Shown piece by piece: positions 27,715 through 32,672 of a DNA stretch of 32,672 nucleotides. Both the position numbers and the translations under genes were made by a program. The notes beneath the pieces are model-generated. The model was not told the DNA's origin, did no database searches, and saw only the letters and a list, made by a program, of their open reading frames with translations. The stretch lies in the sequence record SRR20825006_1098; one strand, given 5' to 3'. Numbering within the stretch: position 1 is the first letter of the stretch; each line of letters opens with the position of its first letter.

Positions 27715-28462
27715 ATTTCTGCTTTAATGCTTCTGTAAACAATTCATAAAAATTTCGATTTTTAGAATCGCCCAACAAATGTAAATGTTTTTCAATGGTT
27801 TTAATATCATTGCGTTTTGCTGGGCCAGTCTGGGCTTCTTCAGGAGAAAGAGTTTCAATTTTGGAAGCGGTTTCTGCAATAAGTGGTTTTAATAATTCAA
27901 AAGATACATCGTCTTCTTTTAAAATTTCATTGCCAATTTCATACAAATGATTGGTGAAATTATTAACGAAAACAGCTGCAAGGTGCAGTTTAGCTCTTTT
28001 TTCAGAAGAAATTTCTACTACTTTATTTGAAATACTATTTCCCAGTCGTTTCAATAGCACTAAATCTTTTGCGTTTTCGGCTTCAATACAAATTGGAATA
28101 GCTTCAAAATCTACCTTATGCTTTTTTGAAAACGTTTGCAACGGATAAAAAACCCCACGCCTGTTATTTGATGAAAGTGCATCTAAAGCTACTCCGCCAG
28201 AGGTGTGAACAGTTAGTTTATTTTGAAATTTTAAAGTCTTAGAAAATTCTGAAATAGCATCATCTGGAATCCCAATAACATAAATATCGGCAGCTACTAT
28301 TTTTGAAATAGCATCTGTAAAAGGAATGTTTTCAATTGCTGAACTTTGTACGATAGTGTTTCTGTTAAAAATCTGTTTTATAGAAATATCATTCGCTTTG
28401 CTCATAGCCTTAAACAAGTGACTATTCACATTTCCAAACCCTAAAAAAACCACATCTATCAT
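27698..28462 (-). CDS. Rossmann-like and DUF2520 domain protein
   Basis: Motifs GFGNV, HTSG, FYPLQTFS, HLAAVFVNNF and QTGPAKRND; overlaps the start of kdsC. Confidence 0.88.
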   Translation of the reverse strand: MIDVVFLGFGNVNSHLFKAMSKANDISIKQIFNRNTIVQSSAIENIPFTDAISKIVAADIYVIGIPDDAISEFSKTLKFQNKLTVHTSGGVALDALSSNNRRGVFYPLQTFSKKHKVDFEAIPICIEAENAKDLVLLKRLGNSISNKVVEISSEKRAKLHLAAVFVNNFTNHLYEIGNEILKEDDVSFELLKPLIAETASKIETLSPEEAQTGPAKRNDIKTIEKHLHLLGDSKNRNFYELFTEALKQKYGKKL

Positions 28463-28538
28463 AAAAGCGAAGGTAAAAACTTTTTTTTTGGTTTGATTTC
28501 ATATTTAGACATTAAATTTACATGCTCAACTTTAAATA

Positions 28539-28925
28539 ATGCGACAAATTAAAAATAGGGAAGATGTATTTTTCCTCGTAAATACATTCTATTCAAAAGT
28601 TAGGGGAGATGAACTTCTCGGGCCAATTTTCAACGGAATCATTACCGATTGGGAAACTCACATGGAATTGCTCACCGATTTTTGGGAAACAAACCTCTTT
28701 TTTGAACGAAAATATTTTGGAAATCCACTTCATACTCATGTAGAAGTTGATAAAAAATGTAGCCATACCATCAACGAACTTCACTTTGGAACATGGCTAA
28801 ATCTTTGGTTTCAAACCTTGGAGGAGCATTTTGAAGGAGAAGTAGCCGAGATTGCCAAAAATAGAGCAAGAGCCATGGGTACTTTTATTCACTTGAACAT
28901 TTTCAATGCCAGAAAAAAGGATTAA
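28539..28925 (+). CDS. Group III truncated hemoglobin
   Basis: Pattern LVNTFYSKVR.DELLGPIF...W..H...L.DFW...Y.GNP...H...HF..WL.LW; 128 aa. Confidence 0.9.
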   Translation: MRQIKNREDVFFLVNTFYSKVRGDELLGPIFNGIITDWETHMELLTDFWETNLFFERKYFGNPLHTHVEVDKKCSHTINELHFGTWLNLWFQTLEEHFEGEVAEIAKNRARAMGTFIHLNIFNARKKD

Positions 28926-28976
28926 AATAGTAGTGAATAGTTACAGATTTCAATAGCTTAAATGGGCATAATTCCT

Positions 28977-28984
28977 TATTTTTG
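28977..28984 (+). promoter_or_regulatory. -7 promoter element for the ccsBA gene
   Basis: TATTTTTG, 16 nt upstream of the ATG at 29001. Confidence 0.6.
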
Positions 28985-29000
28985 CGCAAAATTCTTTGTA

Positions 29001-32000
29001 ATGCAAAAAAAGCTTGCTGCCCTTCTTTTCTCTACTCGTTTAACTGCTGTTTTATTTATCGTTTTTGCCGTCGCAATGGCTGCAGGAACTTTCTTAGACG
29101 CCTCGTCACAAAGTCCGCCAACACCATATACGCGAGAACTTATATACAACGCATGGTGGTTTGAAGGTATAATGTTACTTTTTGTAATCAATTTTGCAGG
29201 AAATATTTTTCGATATAACCTTCACAAACGAAAAATGTGGGCTTCTTTAACACTGCACTTAGCATTTATTTTAATCATTGTTGGGGCATTTGTTACCCGT
29301 TATATTGGTTTTGAAGGCGTAATGCACATTCGTGAAGGACAAACTGAAAGTAGCATCCTTTCTGAAAAAACATATCTTACTGCTTTTATTGATGGTGATT
29401 ATATGATTGATGGTGTGGCGCAAAGAAGACCCCTTAAACCATTAAAATTAAATCTTTCTGAAAGATTAAATAACGACTTTACAATTGAAACGGATTATAA
29501 TAAACAACCCGTTACAATAAAATATAAAAACTATATAAAAGGTGCAAAAGAAGACCTTACAGAGGCTGAAGATGGAGAGAATTATCTAAAAATCGTTGAA
29601 TCTGGCGATGGAGAACGCCACGAACACTGGGTGAAAGTTGGCGAAGTTTCTAGTATCCACAATATACTTTTTGCAATCAATAACCCTACAGAAGGTGCAA
29701 TAAACATTACCTATACGGATGACGATGCTTATAAAATTGAAGCTCCTTTTGAAGGCACCTACATGAATATGATGGAGTTAAGTGCTGCAGGAATAGACCC
29801 AACACAACTAAATCCTGCAGATTTTGGAATGATTGAAAAATTTCGACAGTCATTTGTAAAAGATAGCTTACAGCCTTTAATGCTGCGTTCGCAATATCAA
29901 TTAGCAGGAATGGCTTTTGTAATTCCAGAACCTGTAACCAAAGGAAAGTTTGGTGCCGTAAAAGTGAGTGGAGACGAGCCTGCCAATCAAGATGCATTGA
30001 TTGTTGAAGTTACATCAAATAATGAAACAAAAACGGTTGATCTTATAGGTGGAAGGGGCACAGCTCCAGATCCTGAAGAGGTGTTAGTAGGAGGTTTAAA
30101 GGTGTATTTAGCCTATGGTTCTGAAGAAATTAAACTTCCTTTTTCTATAACATTAAAAGATTTTATTGCCGAAAAATACCCTGGTACTGAAAAAGGATAT
30201 TCTTCCTTTAAAAGTGAAGTAACAGTTATTAATGAAGATAAATCACATTTTGACGCTGCTATTTTTATGAATAACGTTCTGGATCATCAAGGATATCGTT
30301 TCTTTCAATCAGGTTTTGATCCCGATGAAGGGGGTACCATTCTTTCTGTAAACCACGACTGGTGGGGTACTTGGATAACATACATTGGTTACTTTCTATT
30401 GTATTTTGGGTTAATGGCAATTCTTTTTAGCAAACACAGTCGCTTTGGGAAGTTAGAAATAATGCTTAACCGTATTAAGAAGAAGAAAAAAAGCATGATT
30501 ACAATTCTAGTTTTACTTTTTTCGCTTTCTGGATTTGCGCAACATGAACCTTCTGCACACAATGAAGTTCAAAAACACCAGATAGATTCATTGATACAGG
30601 TTAACGCTGTTAGTAAAGAACACGCTGCAAAATTCGGTCATTTAATTATTCAGGATAATGGACGGATGAAGCCTGCAAATACATTTGCAAGCGAACTTCT
30701 ACGAAAAGTGAGCCGAAGCGATAGCTATGAAGGCTTGGATGCCAACCAAGTTTTAATTTCAATGTCTGAATTTCCACGACTTTGGGTGGAAGTTCCTTTA
30801 ATTGCCTTAAAATGGCAGAACGACAGTATCCGCAAAGTAGCAGGTGTTGCTGCAGACGAAGATGATCTTGCATTACTCGATCTTTTTGATGATAAAGGAA
30901 ATTATAAATTGGAACCTTATCTAGAAGCTGCTACGCGAACAAATACACCAAACCAGTTTCAAAAGGATTTTATAAAAGCACACGAAAACTTTTCGTTATT
31001 AAATTCCGCTTTGGTAGGGAGTATTCTAAAAATATTCCCAATTCCTGATGATCCAGGCAACAAATGGGTGTCATACCCAGAACTTGCGGATGCTAATTTA
31101 AAAGGAATGGATTCCTTGTATTCAAAAAATATTCTTCCATTGTATTTTGATAGCTTGAAAAAAGCTAGAGAAAGCGGCGATTACTCAAAAGCCGATGAGT
31201 TATTAGAAAGTATAACTAATTTTCAAAAGAAACATGGGGCGGAAGTAATGCCTTCAGAAAATAAGTTGCGCGCTGAAACCATTTACAATAAAGCCGATAT
31301 TTTTAACAGACTCTATAAATATTTTACTGTCTTTGGAATATTAATGATGGCATTTATAATTGCACAGTTATTTAAAGACCGAAAAATACTGCGAACCTTA
31401 ATAAAAACCTCTAAAATTATTATGTGGGTTTTATTTGCAGTTATGACTTTAGGCTTAGCATTGCGATGGTACGTAAGCGGTCATGCACCGTGGAGTGATG
31501 CGTATGAATCTGTAATTTATGTAGCTTGGGCAACAATATTCTTCGGGTTGTCTTTTGGAAGACGAAGCGATTTAACAGTAGCTTCTACAGCTTTTGCAGG
31601 AGCAATTATATTATGGGTAGCTCATGAAAACTGGCTAGACCCATCTATATCAACACTGCAGCCAGTATTAGATAGTTATTGGTTAATGATACACGTAGCA
31701 GTAATTGTTATGAGTTACGGACCTTTTACTTTAGGACTAATTTTAGGGGCAACTTCATTGTTTTTAATGATTTTTACGAATAAAAATAATTTTAAAAACA
31801 TGGAAATTAACATCAGTGAACTCACTGTTGTAACCGAAATGGCCTTGACTGTTGGTTTGGTATTACTTACAATAGGAAACTTTCTGGGCGGACAATGGGC
31901 CAATGAGAGTTGGGGGCGTTATTGGGGTTGGGATCCTAAAGAAACTTGGGCGCTAATTAGTATTATGATTTACGCTTTTGTAATTCACGCTAGATTGGTT

Positions 32001-32240
32001 CCTGGACTACGCGGCCGTTGGATTTTTAATGTACTCGCTGTATTTGCATACGCAACTATTATGATGACATACTTTGGAGTGAATTTCTATCTAAGCGGAC
32101 TACATTCCTACGCGAGTGGTAATGCGCCAGTAACACCAACCTTTGTGTGGTGGATTACTATTTTTGCAGTAGTTTTAAGTGTAGTATCGTACTTTAGGTA
32201 TAAAAAGTTTTACGGAAAGAAGAAGAAATCTAAAGCATAA
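29001..32240 (+). CDS. ccsA: System II cytochrome c biogenesis protein, CcsB(ResB)-CcsA fusion
   Basis: WWD motif WANESWGRYWGWDPKETW; His-containing motifs LHLAF, MIHV and GLHSYA; ResB-like MNNVLDHQGYRFFQS; start placed at MQKK (29001). Confidence 0.93.
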   Translation: MQKKLAALLFSTRLTAVLFIVFAVAMAAGTFLDASSQSPPTPYTRELIYNAWWFEGIMLLFVINFAGNIFRYNLHKRKMWASLTLHLAFILIIVGAFVTRYIGFEGVMHIREGQTESSILSEKTYLTAFIDGDYMIDGVAQRRPLKPLKLNLSERLNNDFTIETDYNKQPVTIKYKNYIKGAKEDLTEAEDGENYLKIVESGDGERHEHWVKVGEVSSIHNILFAINNPTEGAINITYTDDDAYKIEAPFEGTYMNMMELSAAGIDPTQLNPADFGMIEKFRQSFVKDSLQPLMLRSQYQLAGMAFVIPEPVTKGKFGAVKVSGDEPANQDALIVEVTSNNETKTVDLIGGRGTAPDPEEVLVGGLKVYLAYGSEEIKLPFSITLKDFIAEKYPGTEKGYSSFKSEVTVINEDKSHFDAAIFMNNVLDHQGYRFFQSGFDPDEGGTILSVNHDWWGTWITYIGYFLLYFGLMAILFSKHSRFGKLEIMLNRIKKKKKSMITILVLLFSLSGFAQHEPSAHNEVQKHQIDSLIQVNAVSKEHAAKFGHLIIQDNGRMKPANTFASELLRKVSRSDSYEGLDANQVLISMSEFPRLWVEVPLIALKWQNDSIRKVAGVAADEDDLALLDLFDDKGNYKLEPYLEAATRTNTPNQFQKDFIKAHENFSLLNSALVGSILKIFPIPDDPGNKWVSYPELADANLKGMDSLYSKNILPLYFDSLKKARESGDYSKADELLESITNFQKKHGAEVMPSENKLRAETIYNKADIFNRLYKYFTVFGILMMAFIIAQLFKDRKILRTLIKTSKIIMWVLFAVMTLGLALRWYVSGHAPWSDAYESVIYVAWATIFFGLSFGRRSDLTVASTAFAGAIILWVAHENWLDPSISTLQPVLDSYWLMIHVAVIVMSYGPFTLGLILGATSLFLMIFTNKNNFKNMEINISELTVVTEMALTVGLVLLTIGNFLGGQWANESWGRYWGWDPKETWALISIMIYAFVIHARLVPGLRGRWIFNVLAVFAYATIMMTYFGVNFYLSGLHSYASGNAPVTPTFVWWITIFAVVLSVVSYFRYKKFYGKKKKSKA

Positions 32241-32243
32241 AAA

Positions 32244-32285
32244 AACCACGAAATCACGAATACTTTTATTCGTGATTTCGTGGTT
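32244..32285. terminator. 19-bp perfect hairpin between convergent ccsBA and fumC; terminator and/or REP-like repeat
   Basis: AACCACGAAATCACGAATA-CTTT-TATTCGTGATTTCGTGGTT; the flanking A run gives a U tail on the minus strand. Confidence 0.75.
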
Positions 32286-32323
32286 ACTAATTTTACAATC
32301 GTAAGGCTACAATTGTAAATTGG

Positions 32324-32672
32324 TTAAACCATATCTTCTGGTTTTACCCATTCATCAAATTCATCAGCTGTTAAATAACCTAGGTTCACGGCTTCTTCTT
32401 TAAGCGTTGTACCGTTTTTATGAGCTGTGTTTGCAATTTCAGCAGCTTTATAATACCCAATTTTAGGGTTTAAAGCAGTTACAAGCATCAAACTATTGTT
32501 TAGCTGTTTTTTAATTACTTCATAATTTGGTTCAATTCCTTGGGCACAATGCACATCAAAAGAAACACAAGCATCACCAATTAATTGGGCAGATTGCAGA
32601 AAATTTGCAGCCATTACAGGCTTAAATACATTCAGTTCAAACTGTCCTTGCATACCACCAACAGCAATAGCC
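32324..32672 (-). CDS. fumC: Class II fumarate hydratase, C-terminal part (5' end outside the window)
   Basis: [18 protein letters not shown]...[21 protein letters not shown]...[11 protein letters not shown]. Confidence 0.95.
   Translation of the reverse strand, partial: AIAVGGMQGQFELNVFKPVMAANFLQSAQLIGDACVSFDVHCAQGIEPNYEVIKKQLNNSLMLVTALNPKIGYYKAAEIANTAHKNGTTLKEEAVNLGYLTADEFDEWVKPEDMV

Noticed and set aside
28492-28526. FNR- or Rrf2-like site upstream of the hemoglobin
   Set aside because: Only a TTGAT half-site, with no convincing palindrome.
1419-31903. The many short ORFs overlapping long genes (e.g. 7958..8278, 15311..15676, 22813..23250, 29707..29997)
   Set aside because: Antisense or off-frame shadows of well-supported CDSs, with no recognisable motifs.

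Overview
AT-rich Bacteroidota (Flavobacteriaceae-like) chromosomal window, judged from gene content, T9SS cargo genes and TAnnTTTG promoter elements. From left to right it holds: (1) a minus-strand fatty-acid degradation cluster (acyl-CoA synthetase, SMR transporter, MarR regulator with a 26-bp upstream palindrome, 3-hydroxyacyl-CoA dehydrogenase/hydratase, partial thiolase); (2) purL; (3) two tandem paralogous ~970-aa T9SS cargo genes; (4) an RsmB/NOP methyltransferase and two lipoproteins; (5) a likely operon of a secreted PIG-L/LmbE-type deacetylase, an unlisted 36-aa membrane protein and a Na+/solute symporter; (6) MscS, a lipoprotein, Maf, a DGGGPS-like UbiA, KdsC and DUF2520; (7) a group III truncated hemoglobin, a CcsBA fusion and the 3' end of fumC. 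The most unusual feature is a ~500-bp cassette inside the beta-oxidation operon: a four-helix-bundle (23S rRNA IVP/Avd-like) gene with an in-frame premature TAA, bracketed by inverted arrays of a TAGGACG heptamer. No rRNA, tRNA, CRISPR array, transposase or integrase was seen. All family assignments come from motif recognition by eye; no database searches were run.
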